This document shows, piece after piece, positions 17,716 to 28,300 of a stretch of 64,000 nucleotides of DNA. The translations under genes and the position numbers were made by a program. The DNA comes from a virus. The stretch is taken from IMG/VR virus record IMGVR_UViG_3300043470_000815. The stretch is one strand, 5' to 3'. The stretch's first letter is position 1. The number at the start of each line of letters is the position of its first letter. The notes under the pieces were generated by a model, which did no database searches, had not been told where the DNA came from, and worked only from the letters and a program-made list of their open reading frames with translations.

Positions 17716-19131
17716 TTACAATAGCCATTTTAAACTTTCGGAATGATTGCCTATTCTTTGCTCCCATGCTGGATGACTTTGTTTGGCTGGATTGTAAACG
17801 TTTTTATGAACATTAGTTATTGATTGTTTAACTAATTCAATACCCATCTGCCTAAGTCGTAACGCGGTATCACGCACATATAAAAACATACAAAAACATA
17901 GTACTAAATCGTCATTGTAGCCGTTTTGTGCTTGTGGTTTACCATTGATCCACATAAATACACTGAATTGATTTATAAGTCGTTTAGAGTGTATAATTGG
18001 ACTTTTTTCACGGGTGTACATTTCTAGTTTAGAAATCATTACAGGTCGTAATACGTGGGTGGTTGTAAAGCCCGGAATCATATCTTCTTTATTTTTCAAA
18101 TCATACCGTTTCATTAGATGTATGTTTTCATCTAAATAAGGATCGTTCTTATAACTATAATATAAATTTTTGTAGCCTTTATCTAAGCACACTTGAACGG
18201 TTGACCACCCAATGTTTTTATTGTCAATTACTAATAACGCATCGTTGTATTCAGTCGCCACACTTACCAACATATTACCAAACATATTAGTATCAATTTT
18301 ACCTTCATATTCAGCCACTTGTTCCAAAGATTCCACGTCCATGACAATAAATGCACTACTATCTTCACCATCCCCACGTGCAACGTCAGCGACAACACAA
18401 TAAGATTTTGTATAATCGGGATATTTCCAAATCCAATAATCACCACCAATACCACGCCGCTCGGTTGGGTCGGTAGTTTTTTCGCGATAATATGCTAATA
18501 TATCAGATTCTATTACAGTGTGACCCGATGTTTCAAAAACGCAATCATTCTCTTGGGCAGCCATACGCTTACCCATCAATTCATCTTGTAAATCACGCCA
18601 TTTTTGGTCACGGTCAGGATGTCGTTTCCAATCTAAACGAATTGGGTTAAATGCACCAAATCCATCTTCTTTAATACCTTCTTCTGCCTGACACCAAAGT
18701 TTATAAAATATACCTTGAGCACCGTTTGGAGTTGATAAAATTATTGCATTACCACCTGTTGCCAATGTCATTTGAGCCGATGTCCAAATTTCATTAGCAC
18801 TTTCCATAAACGCACAATTATGACTAACTAAACCATTCGTGAAATATTCATTATTTAATTTAACATCTATTACATCATATACATAAAAATCCCCTTCCTC
18901 ATAAGAAATTTCACATATTACGTCACCCCCCCACAATTCATCACCAATCAAACAAAAACTTGCTTCTAAAAATTGTCCGTTTGGATATTTTAATAAATGA
19001 CCACTTGTACATTTTAATATATTATTGTTTGTTTTAATTGTAAATAAAATATCAGTGGTAGTTCGTTGTACACCATCAAAATCACTCCAACCATCAGGGG
19101 TTAATATTAAATAGTCATTATTATTTTTCAT
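17716..19131 (-). CDS. terL: IntC (105 aa) fused to the terminase large subunit C-terminal part
   Basis: Intein block B (CTSGH), VYDVIDV and VSHN|C junction, then CAFMESANEIW, LSTPNG, and the nuclease domain VADVARGDGEDSS ... NDDLV. Confidence 0.93.
   Translation of the reverse strand: MKNNNDYLILTPDGWSDFDGVQRTTTDILFTIKTNNNILKCTSGHLLKYPNGQFLEASFCLIGDELWGGDVICEISYEEGDFYVYDVIDVKLNNEYFTNGLVSHNCAFMESANEIWTSAQMTLATGGNAIILSTPNGAQGIFYKLWCQAEEGIKEDGFGAFNPIRLDWKRHPDRDQKWRDLQDELMGKRMAAQENDCVFETSGHTVIESDILAYYREKTTDPTERRGIGGDYWIWKYPDYTKSYCVVADVARGDGEDSSAFIVMDVESLEQVAEYEGKIDTNMFGNMLVSVATEYNDALLVIDNKNIGWSTVQVCLDKGYKNLYYSYKNDPYLDENIHLMKRYDLKNKEDMIPGFTTTHVLRPVMISKLEMYTREKSPIIHSKRLINQFSVFMWINGKPQAQNGYNDDLVLCFCMFLYVRDTALRLRQMGIELVKQSITNVHKNVYNPAKQSHPAWEQRIGNHSESLKWLL
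18817..19131 (-). mobile_element. Split intein, C-terminal half
   Basis: Has its own ATG at 19131; ends His-Asn at 18817; +1 residue is Cys. Confidence 0.9.
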
Positions 19132-20197
19132 AAAATTGCCTCATTGCATATTTTACGGTTGGATGGTTGGTTAAATCAATTTTATTGATATTTTTTTTGA
19201 ACCATTTATTTGTTATCAGAACATATTTTAAATTATTGTCTTTGGCATATTTTTTTGCAAATTTATATTTTACTAAATTTCTTTCAGTATTTTTCTCCGA
19301 ATCGGGTTTAATTTCGTATATAATTTTATTTATAGGATCGTAGAAATCTACAATATAATTGTGCCAATTATCTTGATATGTATATTTTATTCTAATTTTT
19401 TCATATTCTAATTGTGGATTACACAACCAAAAAAACGCATCCCAATTACTTCTAAATTTTTTAACAGTTCCATCTTCCAAATTTACAATAGCATTCCAAC
19501 GTGTCCATGAATTAGTTATACATGGAGTAAATTCACCATTTGCAATCATTAACTTCATTGTTTCTGAATGCTTTTTATGAGTGGCTTCTGTATATATGAA
19601 TGGACGACGTTTTTTAAATTCGTCTGAATTACTTGTAATTTTATTGGATTCTGATAATTTTTTTTTCGTTTCTAATGTATGCCAAGGTTTTCCGTTTGAT
19701 CTCCTAGTTTCTATACCTTTTTGAATTGATTCTTTGGAAAAAACTTGATTTTTTCGATTTATACGCATTTTCATTCGTTGTTCATCTGAAAATGTTCTAG
19801 TTTCAAGATAATTCATAAATCGGTCTTTAATATTTTTCTTATTTTCATCAGACATATTTTCATAGGCTTTTTTACCACTTTCCGAACCCTGCTTACGTTT
19901 ACATTCTCTATTGGTGCAATTATTTCGGAATAACGCACTATTTTCATTGAATGCTGTTTTATTATCACAATATTTACATTTTACAATATCAGTTTTGTAA
20001 TGTTTAATATAAGTTATTCGTTCTTTTAATGATACATTGTAACTATTTAAAAATGTGGTAGATGAATATATCATTTTATAAATATATTGTATATCATTTT
20101 TTACATACCATTGTTCATTTAATGCCCAATGGATCATTTTATCATTCTTAAAAATTTTATCAATTATAATATTATAATCATTCATCTGTATATTCAT
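19121..20197 (-). mobile_element. Free-standing putative homing endonuclease (NUMOD3-like repeats plus TnsA-like PD-(D/E)XK domain)
   Basis: HTLETKKKLSES NUMOD3-like motif; FRSNWD...YIVDFYD...YEIKP nuclease motif; CKYC/CTNREC zinc ligands; sits between the intein halves. Confidence 0.8.
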
Positions 20198-20768
20198 ATA
20201 AAGTTTTTATTTTAATATTTTCAACTATACCAGTTTTTCTATTTTTAATGGTAACAACTGTTTCACCATCCACGCATTCATCCAAAATCAATAAACTAAC
20301 AGCCGAACCGCGAGCGGAATCGGGTTTACTTGACACTGCTTTAATTTGCGACCCATTACTTAAAACTAATTCTAATTTATTATTATTAGTGATTTTAGCA
20401 ACATTTCGCATCCACACAGGTAAGTTATCGTACATCACTTGAACCATTTTTACAATATTTCGAGCAACATCCTGTTTGGTCGCAATAATAAGAATTTTGA
20501 AATTCTCTTTGAATAACATTTGTTGCAAACTGTACATTGCAGTCAATGTACTTATGCCCATCTGCCTAGATTTCAAAACAATATTGAACCTATGATTTTG
20601 GAAGTCTAATAGTGTAGAAACTTGAAAAGGGTATAGATCGAACTTGATCTTACCCTTCATTGGATGTTCAATCATGCAATATTCCTTAGAAAAATATGCA
20701 ACATCGGTGGCACATCGTTCTAATTCTTGCTTAATTACATCACGTATATTTTGCGTTTGACTAGGAAT
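20178..20768 (-). CDS. terL: Terminase large subunit N-terminal (ATPase) part fused to IntN (32 aa)
   Basis: LYPFQ, KSRQMGIST Walker A, RGSAVSLLILDE Walker B, then CVDGETVV...TDE*. The frame stays open 5' of the track start (20675) back to ATT 20768, adding ELERCATDVAYFSKEY. Confidence 0.92.
   Translation of the reverse strand: MPSQTQNIRDVIKQELERCATDVAYFSKEYCMIEHPMKGKIKFDLYPFQVSTLLDFQNHRFNIVLKSRQMGISTLTAMYSLQQMLFKENFKILIIATKQDVARNIVKMVQVMYDNLPVWMRNVAKITNNNKLELVLSNGSQIKAVSSKPDSARGSAVSLLILDECVDGETVVTIKNRKTGIVENIKIKTLYEYTDE
20181..20276 (-). mobile_element. Split intein, N-terminal half
   Basis: Cys1 at 20276-20274 directly after Walker B DE; block A-like CVDGETVVTI. Confidence 0.9.
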
Positions 20769-20791
20769 ACATTTCTCCTATGCTTTTATTT

Positions 20792-21421
20792 TTAAATTTC
20801 GCCTAATTTTTCGGCTATTTTATTTTTAAATTCTGAATATTGACTATCAATTTGGTCAATTAGATATTGTGGATTTTCATTTGTCCATGTTTCAGTACGA
20901 CCATCCGCCCCCTCTATAAAATTAATTGGCTGTGAAATTTCACGTTTTAATTGTTCGACTTCATCATCGGTTTGTTTTAAAAATACTTTAGCATTATTTT
21001 TTATTTTTTCTAAAGCATATTCATTAAATTCACCTTTAATTTTTAATTGTGTTTCTAAAGTCAAAACGCATTCGTGACATTTACCAACCAACCCCTTAAA
21101 TTTTTTATCTAGGTTGGATGGATTTGTACAAGTGCAAACATCTTTAGGGCAATTTTGAAACGTCCGTAAATAATTTCTAATATCTTGAACATTTTCATCT
21201 AAATTTAACAATACTTTTACACGGTATCCATCTTTTTGTTCCCATTTGTAAGAAACACCTGTGATTGGATGTGTTTCGACCCACACATCACCAACATCAT
21301 GTTTAGCGTTACGTGCAACCACAGTATTTACATCGGTTAATCCAAATGTTTTACGGGTTTGGGTTTTATGTTCACCCTTTAGCATTTCTGTAACTGCTTG
21401 TATATTTTTTAGTTTAGCCAT
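20792..21421 (-). CDS. Conserved protein upstream of terminase, function unknown
   Basis: 209 aa with Cys cluster CPKDVCTC...CHEC. Confidence 0.55.
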   Translation of the reverse strand: MAKLKNIQAVTEMLKGEHKTQTRKTFGLTDVNTVVARNAKHDVGDVWVETHPITGVSYKWEQKDGYRVKVLLNLDENVQDIRNYLRTFQNCPKDVCTCTNPSNLDKKFKGLVGKCHECVLTLETQLKIKGEFNEYALEKIKNNAKVFLKQTDDEVEQLKREISQPINFIEGADGRTETWTNENPQYLIDQIDSQYSEFKNKIAEKLGEI

Positions 21422-21659
21422 TAGATTTTAATTGTTTCATATTTGACATAAATGATTCCAGTTTGTTTTCTTCGATACCAACCAACCCCGCAAATTTAAT
21501 AATTGCATGATATTTGTCTAACGGCATTTTTAATTCATTTATCGCAGTGATGAATGATGGTGTATTTTGTAATTTATCAAAAAGTAACAATATGGTAGCC
21601 GTACCATCGGATTGCTCTTGTAAAAGTTTTTTTAGTTTCATGGATAATATATTAATCAT
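21414..21659 (-). CDS. Small putative cargo protein (MKLKKLLQE leader at the second Met)
   Basis: TATTTATA motif at 21674-21681 just upstream. Confidence 0.5.
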   Translation of the reverse strand: MINILSMKLKKLLQEQSDGTATILLLFDKLQNTPSFITAINELKMPLDKYHAIIKFAGLVGIEENKLESFMSNMKQLKSNG

Positions 21660-21684
21660 TATGGTTCGTTTAATATAAATATGG

Positions 21685-23565
21685 TTAATATTTTGAATAA
21701 CGCAATTTATTGTATATTCCGAATATAGGAACTAATGCCCCAAATGTTCCTGTTAGTTTCAATAAACGGTTTTCCCATTCAATAACTATACCTTCATTGT
21801 TATTAATTTGTTTTAATCTGTTAACAATGTTTAGTGTGTTATTGATTTTTTCAGTTTCATCCGATTGGGCTTTAACGCTGTCTATAATATCAAGTATGTA
21901 TTGGTGGGTGGGTTCATTTTCACGCATTAATATTAAATTTCCTAATTTCCAAAATATAATTTTTAATTCATCTTTGTTTTCAAAATTAGATTTAATATTA
22001 TTTGTAAAATATTCTATATATTTTTTTAACGATGAATTTAATTTATAGAGTGGCGTTATTTTAATTAAGAAATTATGAAATACTTTATCATTCGACGAAC
22101 CAAATTGATATGGTAAATTACTGGTACGTGACAATTCATTCCCGACTTCATTATAAGTTATCAACGAATGTAAAGACAAATATTGCTGATTTCCATAGTC
22201 AATAATATTTCGTGCCATTGGATGAATTATTTCAAAATTCAAAAACGTTTGACCATTATTAAAAATTTTATTTAAAACATTTGGATCGAACTGCTTTAAA
22301 AATTCCGTTATTGCTTTATGTGCCTCGGTGAAAGTATGTTGAACATTGTCTTTACCTTCAAATTTTTGTGTTATTTGGTCAACGGTCAACGGATTAACAA
22401 CAGTTGATTTATTACGTGATGCAAGCACTTGGCCGTTTTTGTATGTTACTTGGAAATTGTGACCATCTAATTTAAGCGTACAACGCATATTTTCGGCATT
22501 AGACAATACATCAGATACAAACCGACACATATCATTACATGTCATTGTTTTATCTTCGTATGGGTGCGTTATGTGCTTACTATAAGTTTTAGCAAAATTT
22601 TCAACAGCCAACACGGGGCTGGAAGTTTTAAAATCCTTTTTTTTCATAATTGTTTTTGGTCGCAAATCAATTTCTTGATTTTCTTTATCCCAACTAATAA
22701 TAAATGGAATGTTTACATCAGTTTCCATGTCTTTCAATACACCTTCCGCCCCTGTATTCAACTTAGATAAATGAACACCATGTCGAATAGAAACTTTTTT
22801 AAATATTTTTCGTAAATCGTCTCCAGTGATTGGTGTTTCATTTCTTGGATCATTTAATCGTTGAAAAAAATGTGTTCCTTTGTAAATGTTCTGAAAGTCT
22901 ATATCGACATTAAATTGTTTAAAAAATTTATCAATATATTGTTCGATACGCATTAATTCCGTTTTAGTAATTCGATCACCTTCTGTCAAATTTAAAAGAT
23001 GTTCATCAATTTTTATCAACGCAGTATCTAAAGGATTACTAAAAGATTTTTTAAATAAACTGTCTATTTCGGCATCATACCACCCCATCAAAGTTTTAAA
23101 ATCTGCTTGGTTGGCAGTTGGTAGTAATTTTCTTAAATTCGTTCCACTTAGTTCAATATTGTTAAAAAATACTTGGACGTGTGGTAAAATATACAAATAT
23201 CCGTGTGTGTCTAAAGATTCTAAATTATTAGAATTTGTATATAATTTAAAATATCTGTTTGTATTTAATCGGTCAGCATCTTTACGTCCATAAGCAAAAA
23301 TTAAAGCCGTCTTGGTTGGATCGAATAGTCTTGTTAATTCGGTGCATTTATATGGTTCTTTAACATTGAATACTTTACTGATATTATATTTTTGAATGAT
23401 TTTTAATTTTTCATCAAATGTCAATGGACTGTTTTCATCCGTTTTGTTTGATGTACAGATATAAACATTGTCGCTGCCAAACTTTTCACATAAATGTAAA
23501 TAAGATTGATAATGATGTTTTCCAAATGGTTGGAATCTACCCGAATAAATAATAAGTTTTTTCAT
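21685..23565 (-). CDS. Multidomain protein: HxGH-type nucleotidyltransferase + HFxxRxNDxRN domain + ligase-like (KxDG) domain
   Basis: GRFQPFGKHH and YGRKDADR; THFFQRLNDPRN; HITHPYED...TLKLDG. Confidence 0.65.
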   Translation of the reverse strand: MKKLIIYSGRFQPFGKHHYQSYLHLCEKFGSDNVYICTSNKTDENSPLTFDEKLKIIQKYNISKVFNVKEPYKCTELTRLFDPTKTALIFAYGRKDADRLNTNRYFKLYTNSNNLESLDTHGYLYILPHVQVFFNNIELSGTNLRKLLPTANQADFKTLMGWYDAEIDSLFKKSFSNPLDTALIKIDEHLLNLTEGDRITKTELMRIEQYIDKFFKQFNVDIDFQNIYKGTHFFQRLNDPRNETPITGDDLRKIFKKVSIRHGVHLSKLNTGAEGVLKDMETDVNIPFIISWDKENQEIDLRPKTIMKKKDFKTSSPVLAVENFAKTYSKHITHPYEDKTMTCNDMCRFVSDVLSNAENMRCTLKLDGHNFQVTYKNGQVLASRNKSTVVNPLTVDQITQKFEGKDNVQHTFTEAHKAITEFLKQFDPNVLNKIFNNGQTFLNFEIIHPMARNIIDYGNQQYLSLHSLITYNEVGNELSRTSNLPYQFGSSNDKVFHNFLIKITPLYKLNSSLKKYIEYFTNNIKSNFENKDELKIIFWKLGNLILMRENEPTHQYILDIIDSVKAQSDETEKINNTLNIVNRLKQINNNEGIVIEWENRLLKLTGTFGALVPIFGIYNKLRYSKY

Positions 23566-25391
23566 CGTGAGCCTGAAAATATAAAGCCATTAATATTTGT
23601 TTCTAAATTGGAATAATTTATTCCGTTTCGATATTTAAATTTAAATTTTAGTTCTTCGGGATGTGATTGGTTATTTTTACCAAACAAGAATGAAATGGGT
23701 GTTAAAAAATAAATATGTCCAGCGTTAAATCCACTGGTTGTAGTTGCTTCTAATTTGATATTCCGTAATTTCCAATCCCCCCCATAAATATTAAAATAAA
23801 TTTTATTTAAGGTTGTTTGACCAGTCAAAAAATCGAATCGTTTGTTGCCATTACCACCATTGATAAATCCAATAATTCCATTGTTTTCACTGACCGATCC
23901 CGAAATTAAAATTTCTAACTTAGGTTTGGTAATGTCTGCATTAGAAATATATTCATAATCAAATGATAGTGTATATGCACCGTTTTTACTGTTTATAAAA
24001 TCATAACTTGCAGTTGTATAAAGTTTGATATACGATTCATTATTATGTATTTTAGTATGGTTTAAATGAATAATTCCCGTATTAGATGTACCATCGCGAA
24101 AATCAAAACTTGAACCTGTTATACCATTCCCAACAATGCTCGATGTCCAACTTGAAGAAACTGCCGTTGGGAAATCAGGCATTCCATAACGTCTAAATTG
24201 TAAATCATTTTCGATGACTTGAAAATCACCAGTATTAATCAATAAATCTTTGGGCGTAACGTTGATACTATTCAATGTTAGATACTCACCAATAAAATTA
24301 TACGGTTTATATAAAACATCAATATATTCAACATTACCCGCCACTGGTTCTAAATTAGAAATTTCGGTGTATAAAAAACTTTGAAAATCTGATGGATGTG
24401 TATTTGTTCCAACCACCCCACTATCCAAATAACTACATGTAAAATTACTAAAATTTGTTAAATCGGTTAATGTCAAATACGAATCTAATTGATATTTGAA
24501 ATTTGGATAAATATTTGCCCGTGTATCGTCTATTATTTTTACAATAGATGATGTATATACGCCAAATTGCAATTTATCGAGTGTGGGTATTGGTAAGGTA
24601 TCAATAAATCCGGGGAATTTGGTTCTAACATATTGATACAAATTAAATTCTAATATTCCACCAACCATTGATGAACTGAAAAAACTTTCATTAGTTTGAA
24701 CCGTGTCATAATTCAGCGTATTTACTGGAATTATTGGTCGGTTGGCTGCAAATGGTTGCGTTTCGACTATAAATAAATCAGAATCTAAACTACCCGTTAG
24801 CGTACTTGTGCCTAAATAATTTATAGACAATGGTTCGACATATTTATCGGATAATTTAAATAATGGAGTTGTACTTTCTGAATTATTTAAAATATTCAAA
24901 AATTGCGTAGTGCGTACTTTAGATGTTGATCTAGCAATAGTTTGTTCCTTTAACGGAAATAATTTTTCTTGAATCTTAACACGTGGTGAATCTTTGAAAA
25001 TTGGACGTTCGGTGGTTGGTTGATAAGAAAAATACTTTTCACTTTTCCATAAAACAGAACTGTTCAATTTTGTAGTACCCGCAATTAAGAACTGAATTTC
25101 ACCAAAAGGCATATCGGGATACAAATATAATACAATTAATCTTGCATTATTTTCATTTATAATATCCGTTATTTCAAAATATAAATTATTCCCATTTGTA
25201 TCTAAAATATCAATTTGTATTTGAGAATTTTTTAATAGATTGTCGGTTGGTTTAATTGTAAATGAATTTTTACCAATATAAAATTTTTCAGGTAAATCCA
25301 CCCTAAAGAAATCCTTAGACACTGGATTAGTATCAATAAATTGAAACTGTTTAGATTTAAGGTTATGGTTGGATGGTTTACGTTTTATCAT
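23562..25391 (-). CDS. Putative virion structural protein
   Basis: 609 aa beta-rich ORF; no catalytic motif. Confidence 0.45.
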   Translation of the reverse strand: MIKRKPSNHNLKSKQFQFIDTNPVSKDFFRVDLPEKFYIGKNSFTIKPTDNLLKNSQIQIDILDTNGNNLYFEITDIINENNARLIVLYLYPDMPFGEIQFLIAGTTKLNSSVLWKSEKYFSYQPTTERPIFKDSPRVKIQEKLFPLKEQTIARSTSKVRTTQFLNILNNSESTTPLFKLSDKYVEPLSINYLGTSTLTGSLDSDLFIVETQPFAANRPIIPVNTLNYDTVQTNESFFSSSMVGGILEFNLYQYVRTKFPGFIDTLPIPTLDKLQFGVYTSSIVKIIDDTRANIYPNFKYQLDSYLTLTDLTNFSNFTCSYLDSGVVGTNTHPSDFQSFLYTEISNLEPVAGNVEYIDVLYKPYNFIGEYLTLNSINVTPKDLLINTGDFQVIENDLQFRRYGMPDFPTAVSSSWTSSIVGNGITGSSFDFRDGTSNTGIIHLNHTKIHNNESYIKLYTTASYDFINSKNGAYTLSFDYEYISNADITKPKLEILISGSVSENNGIIGFINGGNGNKRFDFLTGQTTLNKIYFNIYGGDWKLRNIKLEATTTSGFNAGHIYFLTPISFLFGKNNQSHPEELKFKFKYRNGINYSNLETNINGFIFSGSR

Positions 25392-28300
25392 TTTTCTTCT
25401 ATTTGTATTGTAGAATATCCATTTATTTTTTGAACATTTATTCGTTTTTCAACCAAATCTTTCATTGATTCGATATGCGTTATGATTAATAAATAATTAT
25501 AACGTGTTTTCAAAAATTCAAACATTTTGCCCATTGACAACAAATTATCAGTATCCAACACACCAAATCCCTCATCAATTGCTAAAAATGATGGACGTGG
25601 TAAAGACGTTATTTCGGTCAGTGATGTTCTAAACGCCAAACTTAAAATAAATCGTTCCATGCCTGATGTCAGTTCAACTGGCCATGTTTGGTTATCGTTG
25701 TAATTAATAAACGCATGGATATATTTTTCTTCCGTACTTTCTAATTTGACCGTGAAATTAACGACCTGTGATAAAACTTGATTAACTTCAAATTCGATAA
25801 CTGGTAATATCTTTTCCAATATCAAATAAGGTATTCCATCCCGCCCAAGTGCTTGTGTATAAAGTTCATATATACGGTTATTTTTGATTAATAAATTGTA
25901 TTGTTGTATCTTGTTCTGAACTATGTCATATTCACTTTTTTGGCTGGATAATAGACCAAAAACAGACCGATATTCCGTTTGTAATTTATCAGATTGTTTT
26001 TCTAATACGGATAGGTCGGTTTTTAGTTTTTTGATGTCGGCTTCTATTTTCGCATTTTCAATAATAATTTTTTCGTTCGTGTAATAAGTTTCACGTTCGA
26101 TTTCCAAATGCTTAACTCGTTCCTGAATCGTTTGACCTTTGTACTTTATGGTTTTATTCTTTTCCTGACTTAACTGGATATTGGTTAAAATATTTTTATA
26201 TATTTGTACTTGTTTCTCCAGTTCCTTTTGGTCTGCTATTTTAGTTTCTAATTCATTGCGTTCAAATTTTAAATTAGATAACCTATCTACCAATTCAATT
26301 ATAACCACTTCAATATTTGGAATTAATTCAATACTTTTTTTGGCATCAATAACAAATTCATTATTACAGCAAAACTTACAATTTGGATCGTATTCATGTG
26401 AATTTAAATGACTTACTTTTTGATTATGTGTTTCTAATAAACTATTGGATTCAAATAATTTACGTTCACATTTTGCAATTTCCCCCTTAATATCTGCCAA
26501 CCGATTGTCTAATGCTTTATCATAAACAAACCCATCAATATCAGTTCTATCCTTGATTTCATTTTCATATTTATTTAATTGCTCTTTATTGTTTGTTAAA
26601 TCATTTGCTAAACCTTGTAATTCGGCTTTACAATTTTTTATCTGCAATTCAACATTTTTAATATCAATTGTATTGGTTAATACGTTAAATTGCTTATTTA
26701 AACTTGATATTTGATTATTTAAAGTTTTAATTTGATCTTTACATATATCAATTTCTGAATTAATATCACTAACCTTTACTTGGTTTTCATTGATCTGATT
26801 ATTCAAATATGAACTTTTGTCATATAAATTTTCACGTTCGTTTTCGCGAATTAATGCCTGTTGTTCCTTGGTTGTATCTTTGACCAATTTATATAAATCG
26901 TCGTAAATACTAATATCTAAAAATTTATATAAAAGTTCTTTACGTTCCCTTTGCGTTTTATCCACAAATGATTGATTATCATATTGTGTTGATAATGCAG
27001 TGATTATGAAATCATCATAAGTGCCTAAATATTCACGAATGACTTTATTCGTTTGATCCCTATCATCCCCGTTTAATGATAATAATTCACCATTTTCGTC
27101 CAATGTCCAAAAGTTAACATCGACCCTAACAGTATTATTTTTTTGATTCTTTACACCAATTCGCTCGATGAAAAATTGTTGTCCATTAAATTCAAAAGAA
27201 AACTTGCAATAAAATTCATTTTTAGTATTATTTAAAATATGAATTGCCTTAGAAACGCGTGGTGATTTATCGTAAATTACGAAGCATAATATTTCCAAAA
27301 ACGCACTTTTACCTTCAAAGTTTTTAGCCGAAATACTGTAACTTCCATTTAGATCGGTAAAATCAAATGTATTATTTTCACCATAAGAAAACATATTAGA
27401 AAATTCTAATACCAAAGGTTTCCATGTGATATTTCTGAATATATTAGTTGACTGAAAAGTTTTATTATATTGGACATTAATAGATTTAATTTCGTTTATA
27501 ATATCAATGTCAATACTTTGTCCTGTTAAATATTCTTCTAATAATTGATTTTGATAATCTACATTTCTGCTATTCCCAAGTTGTAATGGGTTGGTCAGTG
27601 TGGAATTTATGGGGGTTGATTTATATTTAATTAATTCTACAATAGAATAGCGTTTTGAAAACAATTCCATTGCTTCATTGACAGTTTCTAATTTAGAATT
27701 TTCATATTTTACCCTCAACCGAACTTTCTTTGGTAAATTCTTTGGAATAAAAAATTTATCATTTTCAATGTTCAATGTATAATAACAAAAATCATTTTCA
27801 ATTTCTACAAATTCAGATGTTCGATTTTTTACATCAAATACTAAAACGCCGTGATTGGTTGGTGATTCACCATAGGATTGGCAGATTAAAGAACCGGGAT
27901 ACTTTGCTAATGGATATTTTTCACCGTCCACCACGTGATATTCTTGAACCAATTGATTCGATATATGAATATCACCAAGCATAACCATATCAAACCCTTT
28001 AAATTGTCCGATATTAACCGTCCTACCACCCTCCTGTAAATATTGATTATTGTAACTATTTGACAAAACAGGGCCGTGAAACAATGCAATTTTAGTTTTT
28101 GCTTTTATTTTATCAGCCGTTATCCATTCATCGGGTGAACCCCATAATGAAAAATTAGACCAAACAATTCCACCTAACCGATAAATACCCGACTTTTTCC
28201 AAAAATGTAAATTTGGATGATTTAGGGAATCTACAATGGGTGTTAGTGCGTCTAATCTTTGTGCATTTGGACTAAAATCATGGTTGCCCAACATTAGGAT

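Noticed and set aside
19121-20197. Endonuclease as the in-frame domain of an ordinary cis-intein, or as part of a group I intron
   Set aside because: It is in a different frame from both intein halves, each ORF has its own start and stop, and there is no non-coding space for an intron core.
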